63,810 bases of DNA, filler included, from Dicyema japonicum (GCA_011109175.1; 9 parts of 9 records of this genome joined end to end with filler, not necessarily neighbours in it); one strand, 5' to 3'. Positions 1-12,840 are shown, numbered from the whole stretch's first letter. Program-made: numbers and translations. The notes: generated by a model from the sequence alone, not told the origin.

Positions 1-499
1 AGGAGGATGGTTGTAAATCATGGCTAAAGCGAAATCCTTTTAGGGCTATGCGAAAAAGCTTTTAACTAACTAACTAACTTATCTTAAAAGGTTAATTCTA
101 ATTATAATGTTCTCTATCCACTTCGTTTCCTCTTCGAGTAACGAGTAAACCCGATTGGCTCAGTCCTTTTTTTTCCTCAATATATATTGTCATCACTTAG
201 CTCACCTCTTGAATTCCATCATTATCAAACCGAGAGTAAAGATCCTTTATCCCTTCATTAAGTTTATCATAACGCCGCGAAACGTCGACTTCGTTCCTAT
301 ATGATACAACCATACTCTCCAAAGTCTTTTGCGGCGAATAAGTATTCAACCGTTTAGAAGTGGCATTCGACGAATCCTCTAGAACAGTGTTCCTTACGTG
401 GTCCCCAGAAATATATTTTAGGTCAATTAATTTTTATGACAAAAAAAAATTATTTAAATTTATTATTTTCCCACTTAACATAGGCCGATAATCCTCATC

Positions 500-1570
500 T
501 GTTCAATCTCCAAAATTATCGAACGAATTATCTTCAGAAGGCTTAACAACCAGGTAGAAGAAAGTGGTTTCCTCCTCGCAGAACAATGTGGCTTCAGACC
601 TGGAAAATCATGCAGGGACTGCATCTACCAGATGCATTCGATGGTATTGAGAGGTCTGGAATTCAAAAGACTAGTAAACCTGGTATGTTTGGATCTGTCC
701 AAGGCTTTTGATAGCGTGTGGCACGAAGGCCTCCTATCAAGGCTAGCAGCTGCTGATATTCAAAAAAAACTTTTCATGTGGATAAAGACTACCTAACAGA
801 CGGACTTCCCAAGTCAAAACGATATCATACTGAAGAGGAGAGTTCAACAGGGTTCTGGATTGAGCCCACTTCTGTTCAACGTATTCTTGTCAGACTTCCC
901 GACTCCACCGGATACGAACACCAGACTATTGATATACGTTGATGATATTCTGATCACGGTTTCATCCGGGAAATCAACTCTCTCGAAAAGAAGAATCAAG
1001 TCATTCATTGAACAAGTACAAGACTGGTGCATCAAGAGAGGGATGAAACTGTCCACTGAGAAGTCCAGCTATTTGAGAGTCAGTCGCCTAAAGGAGGCAT
1101 CAGACGCAGTCTTACTCACTAGAGATTCCTAGAGTAAATTCACTGCGATACCTCGGGAGGGTAATCGACGGGAAAGGTTCCGTCATGGAAGACATTAGAC
1201 AAAGAAGGCGCTTCAAGCACTTTTATGTACAGGAAAGTTTTTTGTAAGCCTGGAAACCTTCTTGTTCATCTTCATGAGAATCATTCTTCCGGAGCTGCTA
1301 CGTGAATGCAAAGCATAGTTTTTCTCTTGCCAAAGAGAAAGAATATGTTACTTATGGAAAAAACCAGAAGGTGGGCAATACAGTAAGGTTTGAAGAAAAG
1401 GCTTTTTGATGTTCTCAGTACTGAAGAAGACAAGATTGTAACACCGGTCAAAAATATTGCATAGAAAAGGATCGATGGGATCCGACGATAGAAGTAGACT
1501 AAATGGAAACGGGGTGCATCGGAAGTATCCAGGCCGCATAGGAGGATACGTTTAAATATCCTTTAACTAA
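500..1570 (+). mobile_element. Degraded CR1/Jockey-like non-LTR retrotransposon, RT and downstream region
   Basis: Reads DLSKAFDSVWH near 695-725, GSGLSPLLFNVFLSD at about 852-895 and LLIYVDDILI; frameshifted. Boundaries approximate. Confidence 0.8.
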
Positions 1571-1676
1571 CTCCTTATTTACTGTTAAATAAATTGGTTT
1601 CGGTTTCGCATTAAAATATTTAATTAATTTTATTCCACGTGTTTTTTTGTTATTTGATTGTAATGGTTAATCGGGT

Positions 1677-2281
1677 TCCCATTCAAAATGGCCTCTTTCA
1701 AAATGGCCTCCATTCAAAATGGCCTCCATTCAAAACGGCCTCCATTCAAAACGGCCTCCATTCAAAACGGCCTCCATTCAAAATGGCCTCCAATTAAATT
1801 TCTCAGGTTTTGGATAAGTTCATCAATAGACATCACGAGATATTTTACCAAGGTCCTCGACATCTTTAGGTAAAAAAGTCATCTTTTTAAATCTTATAAA
1901 AATTGATTTTAACAGGTCCTATGGGTAAGTGGAACATTTACCAAGGTCCTCGACATCTTTAGGTTCAAAACGGCCTCGATTCAAAATGGCCTCCAATTAA
2001 ATTTCTCAGGTTTTGGATAAGTTCATCAATAGACATCACGAGATATTTTACCAAGGTCCTCGACATCTTTAGGTAAAAAAGTCATCTTTTTAAATCTTAT
2101 AAAAATTGATTTTAAGAGGTCCTATGGGTAAGTGGAACATTTTACCAAGGTCCTCGACATCTTTAGTTAAAAAAAGTCATCTTTTTAAATCTTATAAAAA
2201 TTGATTTTAACAGGTCCTATAAGTAAGTGGAACAATTTACCAAGGTCCTCGACATCTTTAGGTAAAAAAGTCATCTTTTTT
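1677..2281. repeat. Left TIR: 16-bp units (CCATTCAAAAYGGCCT), a spacer and about 78-bp tandem units
   Basis: Direct reading: about 7 plus 2 copies of the 16-mer and about 4 copies of the ACCAAGGTCCTCGACATCTTTAGG... unit. Confidence 0.9.
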
Positions 2282-2350
2282 AATATTTTTATATAAGTTT
2301 AAAATGAAATATTTATTTTCAAAAGAAAAAAAGGAAAATGATTATAAATG

Positions 2351-3779
2351 TTAATAGAACACATATTCTACTAAATTGAATATATAGTCTGTCGGATCCA
2401 TATTAAGTAATATTTGTTCTTGAACAAATCTCAATATATTCTCAGATAAAGCGATATATTTAGTTTTTCTAAGAATTTTTTCTCCATTTTGTAATCTTAA
2501 GAATTTAATCATTATGCCTTCTTCTTTTATCAATTTCTTTACAAAATTTCTTGGCGTCTTGTTTAGTGTCCCAAATGTACTTCTAAAAACGTTGTGCCAG
2601 CCTTCAATGGAGTTATTTGTCCGAGGTAAGTCCTCATATAGATTATCCAGATTATTCCAATAATTAATTGGAAATCTTGGAATTAATCCATTTTCTTGAT
2701 TTCCGATATAATTGATCAAGAAATATTGATATAATGGAGTTAGAATCACAGGAAAATCTGATCTCGACACTATCCAATCAAAAGTGTTCTTTACAGTATG
2801 TGTAGGAATAAAGGAGAGGCATTTCAACAGTTTTACAAATCTATCGTTAATTTTAAATCACATTTAACCTATTTATATCTTCATTATTTATGTCGTTGAA
2901 AATTCCTAGTTCCAATATTTTTTTATTAATATTTTGTCCTAGATGGAACATGCAGCAATTTATCCGTGCGTTTGGAAATGATTTTTGAAAAGAGTTTATT
3001 GCTCCTTTTTCAAAATCTGAGACAATAACTCTTGGTTCTAAATCCGGAATGAGACGTTTAATTATTTGAAGCATTGTGTCATATTCATTTTCAGTTTTTG
3101 ATGTTAAAAGACAGAAAATTATTGGAATTACATGGTGATTAATTATTACCGATATTGTGAATAATTGCTTCCAAGGAAGAGGGCAGACAGAAAAAGTCCC
3201 ATCAATAGACCATATTTTATGATTTTTTAATGGTGTCGTCATTTCAGAATTAAAAAAAATAACCATATTTGTCTCAACATCTGATAAGTTAATCATTAAT
3301 ATACCAATATTTTGGCGAAAACTGTGTCCAAACTGATAGAATCTATGCCCTCGTAAGGTATACATTAAATTCTCCTCAATATTAAGAACTGAATCATCAC
3401 TTTCGTGTGGGATACTTTTTCTTGTTCTATTAATCAGTTGTTCCAGAGAAGAATGAGTCCCTGTCAAAGCAATAGTTGTCAAATTTTGTCCAAGCAGAGA
3501 ATTATTAATAATCTGTCTAGGACCCATATCACATAAGAGTGATTTCTGCTTTATGTCCTCCCGTATTAAGGCTCTCTTGACAAATTCACTCCTTGGAAGA
3601 TGATTATGTTGCTTCAGACTCCAAACTTCATCACAGGATTGAATAGTTTTTACAGATCCAGGACAAGTACGATCTGAGCACCTCCAATATGTGATATGTC
3701 CCTTCCTGTATTTTAAATGATAAAGATTTCCATCATGTTCTAAACTTCTATTTCCCTTTTGGTTAACAAGAAACGGCAT
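2351..3779 (-). CDS. MULE transposase, about 466 aa; join complement(2869..3779, 2351..2840)
   Basis: FLYWCH-like motif (YWRCSDRTCPG...HNH), D1 in SIDGTF, D2 in VSDFE, CMFH, and E in RTNNSIEGWH. Removing the 28-nt GT-AG intron at 2841-2868 joins the two track ORFs in frame (EDINR|FVKLLKCLSFIP). Confidence 0.9.
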
Positions 3780-3924
3780 GCAATAGTGAATCAATTAATT
3801 AATTAAATTATTCAAAAGTTTTATTATAATAAAAGAAATTAAAAGAGACAATAACTTATTAAATTTAGTTTTAATAAAAATAATTAATTTTTATTCCAAA
3901 GTCAATTAGTATCTTAAAATCATA

Positions 3925-4391
3925 GGGTTTGGAGGACTTTGGTAAAATGTTCCGCTCACCCATAGGATCCCTTAAAATCAATTTTTATAAGATTTAAAAA
4001 AGATGACTTTTTTACCTAAAGATGTCGAGGACCTTGGTAAAATGTTCCACTTACCCATAGGACTTCTTAAAATCAATTTTTATAAGATTTAAAAAAGATG
4101 ACTTTTTTACCTAAAGATGTCGAGGACCTTGGTAAAATGTTCCACTTACCCATAGGACTTCTTAAAATCAATTTTTATAAGATTTAAAAAAGATGACTTT
4201 TTTACCTAAAATGTCGAGGACCTTAAAATCAATTTTTATAAGATTTAAAAAAGATGACTTTTTTACCTAAAGATGTCGTTTCGCTAAAATCTCGTGATGT
4301 TTATTGATGAACTTATCCAAAACCTGAAAAAATTAATTGGAGGCCATTTTTGAATGGAGGCCATTTTGAAATGGAGGCCATTTTGAATGGA
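3925..4391. repeat. Right TIR, inverted relative to 1677-2281
   Basis: Reverse complement of the same 78-bp units, spacer and 16-mers (GGAGGCCATTTTGAAT). Confidence 0.9.
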
Positions 4392-4545
4392 CACAGACAA
4401 AATGACTATTTCAGTTTACGAAACCAGGTAATAAAAACTTCATTTAACGTGGTAATAGTTCAAATGTTACTACAAATATTTTAGAGTTGCAGTTTTGTGG
4501 GATTGGTTTCAATATAACATAGCATACACATCTTCCTTCAATCTT

Positions 4546-4875
4546 TGATCGGTGGAGAAAATCTTAGAAACATTTCTCATAAGAGTTCGACTCCAACAGA
4601 TCTCGAGTTTCACAAGAAAAGTTTGGCGACAATTTCTACAGAAAACTATGGAATCCAATAAAGGCTCAACACATCTACGATGCTTTGACTTGACGAGTAA
4701 CGTAGTCATCAGTGAACATCTCACTACAAAACCGGATCTGCAAAACACAAAAAGAAGTGAAGAGCACCCCTTGGTTCTCCCTCTACGATTAGTTATGATA
4801 ACTGTTATTACTTAAAATTGTGTGTCCTGCCTGGGAGGAGCGATAGCTAATATGGTGGAGTATTATTGTTATTAC
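4546..4875 (+). mobile_element. SINE family copy A (B-box-like head, shared core, TAT-type tail)
   Basis: GAGTTCGACTCC near 4581. Core CACATCTACGATGC...TTGACGAGT..CGT..TCATCAGTGA and tail GTGTGTCCTGCCTGGG are shared with the copies at 11.3, 30.3 and 61.1 kb. Confidence 0.7.
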
Positions 4876-4903
4876 CAAAATTGAGTAAAACACGTGTGAT
4901 TTG

Positions 4904-5789
4904 TTAATTAATAAATCTAATTTCTACATATTGATCAAATATATATTTGTTGCTCCCATGAGACTTTTTATATAATTCATACATATTGGTCCCCATCTCC
5001 TTAGTTTTGATAAGATAACTTGATTCCCCGTACTTTCCAACCGCTCTAAAGTCATCTCCAATAATGTATTGATTCTCATTATCTTTGTATTCAAACCACC
5101 CAACAGCTGGACTATTCATGTATATTGCATGCACTTGGCTATCCTGGAATGTTATCACAATCTCCTTAGCAATCACTGTAGTCTTTTTCCCTTTACAATA
5201 TACAAGAGGGAATACGACGATTCCAAGTAATCCTAAGGTGTAAAGATTCAGTATACCAATTATGGCCATTAAAATAACCATATTAGAGATATTCATTTTG
5301 TTCTGTGTAGTTTTGACAAATCTAGTCGTAAGTTGGTTCTGTGCATATCCAACAGTCTCCACTTTATATAGAATGTACCTCAACAGTTTGGACATCCACT
5401 GATGAAATACTAGGGGTACTTCCAAGGGTATATTGAATGCGTTCAAACTTACCTTCAAAATTAGGTTTTGTCTGTTTCACTTCCCCAGTGTCAATATTCT
5501 CTAATGGTGTTTTAGAATTCACTTCGTTGTTTTTAGCTTCCTGAGATTTTTCATTTTGATTTTTCTTCATGGTTTCTTCATTCTTCTTTTTTGTCCTTAT
5601 GAGAGTAGAAATCAATGTCATCGTGTAGATATCTAAAGGGTCCACTGATTTCCTCTTTCTCTTTACTGTGTCGCATAGTTTATTCAAAGTCTCATAATTG
5701 CTAGTACGGATAGTATTTGAGTCTGCATTTTCGTTTTGTTTTTTATCAGTCAGGCAAGGTTCCATATATATAGGCTCTTGACTTGTCAT
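4904..5789 (-). CDS. Orphan protein with one predicted transmembrane segment; two exons
   Basis: Two overlapping track ORFs join in frame by removing the 22-nt intron gtacattctatataaagtggag. Lys-rich N-terminus and hydrophobic stretch VILMAIIGILNLYTLGLLGIVVFPLV. No family recognised. Confidence 0.6.
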
Positions 5790-6559
5790 TAATTTATCAC
5801 GAAAAGTTAGTTATTATAAAGTTAAAACGTCATTTATTTCACTAAATTAGTATTTTCATTACTTTTATCGTTTAATAAAGAAATACTCAAATATGGAATT
5901 CGAAATCTCTAAAATTGGCATAAAAATATGAAAAAAAGTTTTAAAAAAAGTTCATATTCTTAATTATTAACTGTCTACCAATTTTTGTAAATTTGGTTGC
6001 AGTGGAGATAATATTTGCAAATTCTTAAATCGGCAGATGCCCTCATATTCCGTGTTACACTCGTCTAACTTGCAATCAGAAATTCGTTTTGTGAAACAAA
6101 ATAGGACAATTATCGACTGGGATAATTAAAGAAAGTAACTTCGCCCATAAAACCAACCGGACGCTCAAATATCCTGCCTTTGATGATAAAGAGTGGGTGG
6201 ATTTAATGGAATCAAAAGGTTTATTAACTGACAAACGATGCTCTAATCTCCCTGAGTGACTTCATTCACTCTGGCTTCTACAAAAACCCAGACATCAGTT
6301 AGACCATTTAAAGCTCAGTAACCCCTCTCTTGCAAATATAATCTCTGGCTTAGAATCTGCAGCTATGGCCAGGGTGATCCGACGTTTTACAGGGATCTTG
6401 ACTTCAGCTTTAGGAACCCAGTAGATGCTCGTTTATTTTGGAGATAATGGACACAACTTGCTCAAATTACTTTTGTGCAAAAGCAGCTAATGAGTAAAAA
6501 TGGATAAACTCTTAATTCAAGGTAAAAATTAAAATGTTCTAAAAGTGACTTATATGGAT

Positions 6560-7200
6560 TTAAAAGGTGAAGAGATAAATCTCAAATCTCGTGACGGTTC
6601 TCGGATCCTGAAAGAAAAGTTCCAAATGCCTTAAGACAACAGCTTGCAGAGTTACAAGAATTGGATCCTCTGTTAATTATTACCGAAGACATACAACGTT
6701 TATAATATTCCATCCAGAAGTACCGTTCGGAGGATACAAGAACTTGAAAGATAGAGTTTCTGTGATGTTATGCGCAAATATGTCTGGAAATTATAAATTA
6801 AAGCCTTTATTGATTAGAAAATCAAAAAGGCCAAGGTGTTTCAAAAAAATATGACTATCGGTGTTCTGTTTCGTATTACAGTTCCAAAAAAGCATGGATG
6901 ACAAGATTTGAGCTAGCATTAATCCATCGTACGGAAAGATCAAAGTCCTTGTGACTTATGGCGATGCAGTGTTTTATTAGTTTATTCATGCGATTGTTGC
7001 AAGATGATATAGGAATGAAGCTTCAATTGGCTTCTAAAAAATTGAAGACAATATCTTTACTGCCTTGTCGATCGAAAAATTTTCCACTGAACAAACTGTT
7101 GTCCATATACGCGCTAAAATCAAGCCTACCAGTCCGAATTCCTGAAGTGGCGAACCATTTGATTGTGGGAATATTTTGAGACTCTGAGTTGGTGGAGCTA
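6560..7200 (+). mobile_element. pogo/Tigger-like transposase remnant (DDE_1)
   Basis: VMLCANMSGNYKLKPLLIRKSKRPRCFK and YSSKKAWMT at about 6765-6905; broken by stops and frameshifts. Confidence 0.65.
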
Positions 7201-7409
7201 ACTAGTCAAGTGAAAATAAAACACATTATATTCCCAGTCATTTTGAGGTTTGTTGACTCTCGTTATCATTTAGATCAGCAAAAAAAACTGAAGAGCCTTG
7301 CAAAGGGACGGAAGCTGATACTCTCAAATTAATACATAATTCGTTTATTTAAAATTATTAATAATTTAAAATTAATAAAATAAAAACTAAATCCTAGGAA
7401 ATTACAAAA

Positions 7410-8131
7410 ATGTCCCTTGGAAGTAGATCATCTGTATTCTAATAATTAACTTTTAGAGCAGAAATGCGTCCATTATTTCTAAAAAACTTAAAAAAAGCAA
7501 GCGAACATCCTCAGTTATTAAAAAGCCAACGAATAATGAATCAGAGAAACCAAGTATAATAAAATTAAAATCAGTTCCCGACGGGATTCTTCCTTTACTT
7601 CTAACATCTAGCACACAGGAAATTTTCAACCTAAAAATCGACTTAGATGTACATTCGGACGATTTCCTGAGGAAAATAAAGAAAGAAGAAATTATGAAAG
7701 ACATTTTTAACCGAGCGGCTGTCTCTGACTTTAAGCAGTACAAGGAAGTCATCCACAACTACCCAAATGATGAAATTATAATATGCTATGACTATAATTT
7801 CCAATATGGGAACAACTTTTACATGGCCACCACCACTGAGGCAGCAAATTTACTGCTCGCTGAAGTAATTACTATTAAACCAAGGTAGCCAGAGAACTCC
7901 TTAGGTGGGGAGAGTGTGGACGAAGGTCCATTTATTTACACTCCTCCCGTTTCTAAGATATGGCTGTCATACGGGAGTGAGAGAGAAATTGAAGAGGAGA
8001 CTGTGAAAAACCGAAGAAAGCCGGTACTCTAGATTTTTTGATTCAAGATTTCGATGACGATTATTGGGTCGAAAAAGATGCTTGATCGTCCACGTGACTT
8101 TAGTGATAGGGACTTAGATGCTGCTAAAGAT
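7410..8131 (+). CDS. DNAI3: Axonemal inner-arm dynein intermediate chain WDR63/DNAI3, 5' part, cut by a gap
   Basis: Exons 7410-7433, 7457-7553, 7575-7864, 7889-8023 and 8048 onward, with introns of 23, 21, 24 and 24 nt. Encodes NRAAVSDF, YDYNFQYGNNFY and YTPPVSKIWLSYGSEREIEEE, matching the WDR63 N-terminus. Confidence 0.88.
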
Positions 8132-8231
8132 NNNNNNNNNNNNNNNNNNNNNNNNNNNNNNNNNNNNNNNNNNNNTTAATTAATTAANNNNNNNNNNNNN
8201 NNNNNNNNNNNNNNNNNNNNNNNNNNNNNNN

Positions 8232-9420
8232 AGCGGCCACTGCACGGTAGAAGTCTTCTCTCCCAAGCAACGTTTATAACTTCACATTTATACGGGTTCG
8301 GTTCCATCTCAAGTGACGCAAGTGCAGAGATAGCGGATTCGATTTCTACCACCACAAGTTCACAAATATTTGCGACAGTCCGTCCAGCTACCATAGTTTC
8401 AATGGAGTTCGCATCGTCGATGCTGCACAGTCGATACCCAAGGCAAAGATCAGGGAGCAAGAGGGTCACCTTGTTGAACCCCAGTCTTTGTATTCGACTA
8501 CGTGTTGCCCAAATATCACGTAAATGGGGAGCCGCATGCAATTTTTACCATTCTGCTGATTTCCGGGATCCTGGAGATGCTAGGTTCTATGATTATGTCT
8601 CTGCGAATGCTATTGAAAGCATTGCAGATGTCCAGTTTGACTATATAGCATTCGTAGTGTCTGGCGGACTGGTAGCAAGGTTCATGAATGAGTGTATTAC
8701 TACCTCGCATCCATGAGGAATTCCAACCCTAGTTGAGTAGGGCTCAGTTGGGGGCTGAGTCTTGCTCGCTGCAGCATTCTTTGCCGTCAGGCGCCTGAAT
8801 ACGATGCCTATAGCGACGGGTTAACCCACCACAAGATTTTCTGAGGCAATTAGTTTGGATGCAAAAAGGAGTCCTCTGGCATAGTCGGAGATATCAGCTC
8901 AGAGAATGCGGTCTGTAAGGGTCTTTATTGAATTAATTCGAAAGTTTCCCATTTCGGCGGTTGTGGAAGAAAATAAAGTCTTTCATATGGCTCGGAAGTA
9001 GGTCGTCCAAGCCAGCACTGCTGCTTCCTGGAAAAGATGAAATAGTAGATCGTATATCATCTGTGGTGGTTGCCAAATGTGGGGTGTCCTCCCAATTTCT
9101 GTCTTGCGTAAATCCGACGGGGCGGGTAAATGTTTTTGGGTGATGAGCTCAAGGGTTTCTTTAGTTGGTGAAAGAACCTTGTCATTGCTGGAGAGCGTAC
9201 GCAGGGCACTCCGAATGTCCCGACCATGACCTTCTTATTCAGTTCTTTGCGTATGTCCCACTTGGTCTTTCTTGATACTGGAAGATGAGGACGGATGATC
9301 AGCAATCGAATGACTTCCCAGTGCAGTTTGCCAGGTCAACAGTATCGTATTTAGCGGCATTTCTCTTGATGATTGAATTGAGGTTCCCTTCTTTTCAGTT
9401 CGGTCGGATGTGATCCTTTT
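8232..9420 (-). mobile_element. 5'-truncated, degraded CRE-like retrotransposon (RT region)
   Basis: VKLDICNAFNSIRRD and other RT motifs. Its start GGATCACATCCGACCGAACTGAA matches the CRE copy at 35644-35666. Confidence 0.8.
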
Positions 9421-9660
9421 TATTTCATGAGTAATTCCTTTAGATTCAACATATGCAGCATCACCAGCATGATTGTGTTCATTGACTCTTTTAACAATTA
9501 TGTCCCCCTTGGTATGTACTTTCGTTTTACATTTACTTTTAACAATGATGTCCCCCAGGATTCACACTTCTCAAATGTGACTTCCCCATTACATTTTTCA
9601 AAAAGGTAAATATATCCATTCTCAGAAAGTTTTCTCTTATTTCTGTCATTCATCACAAAT
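9420..9660 (-). mobile_element. Second MULE remnant (FLYWCH domain), abutting a CRE insertion
   Basis: Reads RNKRKLSENGYIYLFEK...KCKTKVHTKGDIIVKRVNEHNHAGD and ends where the CRE sequence begins. Confidence 0.65.
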
Positions 9661-10379
9661 TGCAAAGCCATTCTTTCAAGATTTAAGAAATTAGCAAAAG
9701 AATATCACTATAAACTTCAATTTCTAAGAAATGATAGAATTAACAAATTCACTGGGAAAGGTATACTTTAACTGATCTTAGACGGTCAATGTGACTGCTT
9801 ACTTTTGGATTTACCAAACAGAGAATCAATCAAAGCTTATAATAGAAAACACAAATATATCTAAAAAGCTAAAAATAATAACTACTAACCGTTTCGTTCC
9901 TTCATGCTAATATATGAGTTGAGAGAGTTCTAGTTTAGTCGATGTAGGTTTACTAGTGTTACATCTAAGTTTTTTTTCTTAATCAGCTGAATTATATGTA
10001 AAAATTATATTCAGTTGACTGTAAAGCTCGATTATTGCAGAATCACTATGACCTCACTGACCCAACCATCATCCCATTAATAATTATACTGTTTCTATGA
10101 CTCTTGAATTGCTTTATTACTTGTTTCTAAATTTATTGTTTGTATTCTCTAGGTTACTGAGAGAAGCAGATTATTGGATGTGTCTTTTTCTTAATGGTTA
10201 TTCATGGTTTAAGTAATAAATTGAATGTTTACGTGATTCTATGCATAAACTGCTTTATTGATTGTAACATGTATTAACTAGAATATGAATCGTGTAAAAA
10301 TTAGTTAAAGTTAAATTATTACTCATCATTTAAAAAACCTATATTTTGCACATCAACATTTTTTATTCAAATAGCAATT

Positions 10380-10560
10380 GATGTGGGTCGAATCAGAAAG
10401 CTGGAGTTTTCTGCGAAAGTCAATTCTCCTCAAAACAGATCCCACCCGTCCGAGTCCTTCTAGCACAACACAGTAGGGATTTTCCTACTTTCTCCCTGAC
10501 CAAATCCACTTTGAAGATTACAATTACACTTCCGCCGAAACTGTCTATATTATAAATTTA
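10380..10560. repeat. Dispersed repeat shared with 28140-28255 and 31130-31170; probable LINE endonuclease remnant
   Basis: GATTTGGTCAGGGAGAA..GTAGGA and CAGATCCCACCCG recur at the three loci. Confidence 0.5.
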
Positions 10561-11248
10561 GTGTATTGATTTCCTCGAATTTGTGATATTCATTCTTGAT
10601 GAAGTAACTATGTACTGCATCTTTAACAACTCTTTAATAAGGATACTTGAGAACCTGAGAGTAGGAATAGGATGGACATCAATCACTTATTTCAAAAGTT
10701 CAAAATGTAAAATAATGGGGTTTCTGCCTCAATACTTCCATCAAGCAGCACTCCTGGGTTCACCGTGGATGAACCCAGGACGGAATTCTTAGTGGAGTTG
10801 TCTGCTACATTTCAACCCGAAATCGAGAGGATCTCACAAAAGCCGTACTCTCGTATTCGGTGGGATGGTCTCTGAATCCATGAATTCTATAGTAAACTCA
10901 CCTCGTGCTTTCTTGGGTTGGTTGTTTTGCACGGTAGAGTTACTCGTGTGCGGAGAATGTTTCCGTGGTCTCCTGATTGGATATTCAGGTAATAATCGAG
11001 ACTGATGCTTTAATGTAAATCAAAGAATACACATGTCAACGAGTTCGCCGCTCCAGTGAGATCTCACACGTTTCTATACCAATACAGTAAACTCTCCGAT
11101 TTTGCCATTTTTTGGTTCCAGCATTTTTTGTGGCAAATTTAAGAATTTAATCAATAATTTTATAATTGTTATTGGGAAAAATCATCGATGAAAATTTGAT
11201 TTTATTACGAAAAAATTTATTTAAAAAGTAAACTATTAAATTTTATAG

Positions 11249-11530
11249 ACGGCTGGCATAGTGGTTAGGTGTCGGGCTTAGGTTACGGGTTCGATTCTCT
11301 GGTGGAAAGTTCCACGCATCTACGATGCCAAAAGGGTTTGACGAGTGACGCCGTCATCAGTTGATACTCACTGCGGAACTGGATTGTTTAGAAAAGACAC
11401 AAGAAAAAAAAGTGAAGATCATTCCTTGGTTCTACGATTAGTTAAAATTAACTGTTCTTCACTTAAATGAAGTGTGTGTCCTGCCTATGCGGAGCTATGA
11501 ATATTATGGCTCTCGTGAAAAGGCTTTATC
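11249..11530 (+). mobile_element. SINE family copy B with a clear tRNA-like head
   Basis: A box TGGCATAGTGG, B box GGTTCGATTC (11288-11297), shared core, and tail TGCGGAGCTATGAATATTATGGCTCTCGTGAAAAGGC. Confidence 0.8.
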
Positions 11531-11714
11531 GAAATAAAATTCAATTCCCATTTGCTTCTTTTTGATATCTCTAGTATTTGCATGTAAATTCTTCGATTTC
11601 AATCGGATCGTGAATATCCGTGTTAGATAATACATAATTTTTTAAAAACTTTAAAAAAATTATGGCAAATTTTGGAATTGGCAAATTTCCACTAAATTTT
11701 TTTTTATAAAATAA

Positions 11715-12620
11715 TTTTTTTTAACAATTAAACAAATGTCAGTTGAGGAAGCCTGCTGCGTGGATTGCGAACGAGTTCCCTCGGAGTATGGCTATTCCAA
11801 TCTTTTGTCTTAGCCATAACCCTTCTCGTTGATCCCTTTTCTTTCTGGCAAGCAATCCTCCGAGTTCTCGCAAGAACTCAGCCGTCATTGGACCAACGGC
11901 TCCCGATGATTCGGTCGCAACAGGAGTAAATCGGTAGCGATCCCCGAGGCAAGAATATTTCTTGATTTTTAGGTTCTCCGCAGTCGAAGCAGCTGCTCCA
12001 GGTGTCTGAACCGATTTGAAAATATTCGTGCTTGAGAACGTGTCTACACAAGTTGCGTCCCAGACCAAAGATCTTCCAGACGTGAAGGGGAAAAGGGTCA
12101 TCCCGTCAGGTCTCTTCCCATCTCCTCGATCAAGACCCACTGGTTCAAGCTGTGCTGGGAAGCCTGTAGCCTTCAGAGCTCTGACGATCACATCGTTCAG
12201 AGCAGCATGACGTGGTCCCTTCCGGCGCTTCTTCTGCAGGACAGCGGGTGCAATCCCTTCGCATCGACTGTTTTCCCGCATCGGCATCGGTGCTCCTGGC
12301 AAACGTCTAGTCCCAGCCTTTGTCCGATTCCAATCCTCAAAGAATCGTCGTCCAAAAAGGTCCCGAGGTTTGGGCAAGGTATTGCACCAAGCCATGCTCC
12401 TCTCCCTCTACTTGAAGCTGACACCAAACAAGCCAGACGATGTTGATTTGCTTCTTTTTTAAGGTCTTCCAAAATTATGGAGCAGACAATGTTATCCCAA
12501 TTACTTTGCTTTGTTGTGTCTTCGGGGATTTTGAGTCCGGACCCGTTCCATTTCCGACTAAAATTAGAATATTTTTTAAAAATGGCAAATTTAAGAAAGT
12601 TTATTGTATGTGCCAATTGC
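11715..12620 (-). mobile_element. CRE-like retrotransposon 3' part (zinc knuckle plus RLE endonuclease), 5'-truncated
   Basis: CRCG..VD..GLHPLSC, RH..LND, KRPDG, WDATCVDTF, ATESSG and IAILRGNS, followed by an A-rich tail. Confidence 0.9.
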
Positions 12621-12759
12621 TAGTTAGTTGTAGTTAACTTATCAAGGACCAATTGGCAGAAAATGAACTGTAACCTTTCTCCACATTGTCTGGCTCGAAA
12701 TTCGGAAGATAAACAAGTCCGCCTCGAGGGGGAACTAAAAAATTATGAAAACACTGAAA

Positions 12760-12840
12760 AAGAGTTAAAAACCGGTGACGACCTGGACTCCACGAGATAA
12801 CTAGCTAACAATCGAAGACCGTGGAAGAGACTGACATTTA
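12760..12840 (+). mobile_element. Short RTE 3' ORF fragment
   Basis: GDDLDST..LANNRRPWKRL resembles the RTE C-termini at 19.1 and 57.9 kb. Confidence 0.5.

Larger units (their letters stand above)
1677..4391 (-). mobile_element. Mutator-superfamily (MULE, Phantom-like) DNA transposon with long repeat-built TIRs
   Basis: Inverted arrays at both ends flank a FLYWCH plus MULE DDE transposase. No clear TSD seen. Confidence 0.9.

Noticed and set aside
90-420. Minus-strand open stretch of about 68 codons with a possible 30-nt intron
   Set aside because: No start, no recognisable family, ambiguous splicing.
1677-2281. Regular repeat arrays resembling CRISPR or a satellite
   Set aside because: No unique spacers, and the arrays are mirrored at 3925-4391; they are the transposon TIRs.
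10752-10780. Perfect 11-bp GC-rich hairpin TCCTGGGTTCA...TGAACCCAGGA
   Set aside because: No properly spaced CTRR terminus for a Helitron end, and only one occurrence.
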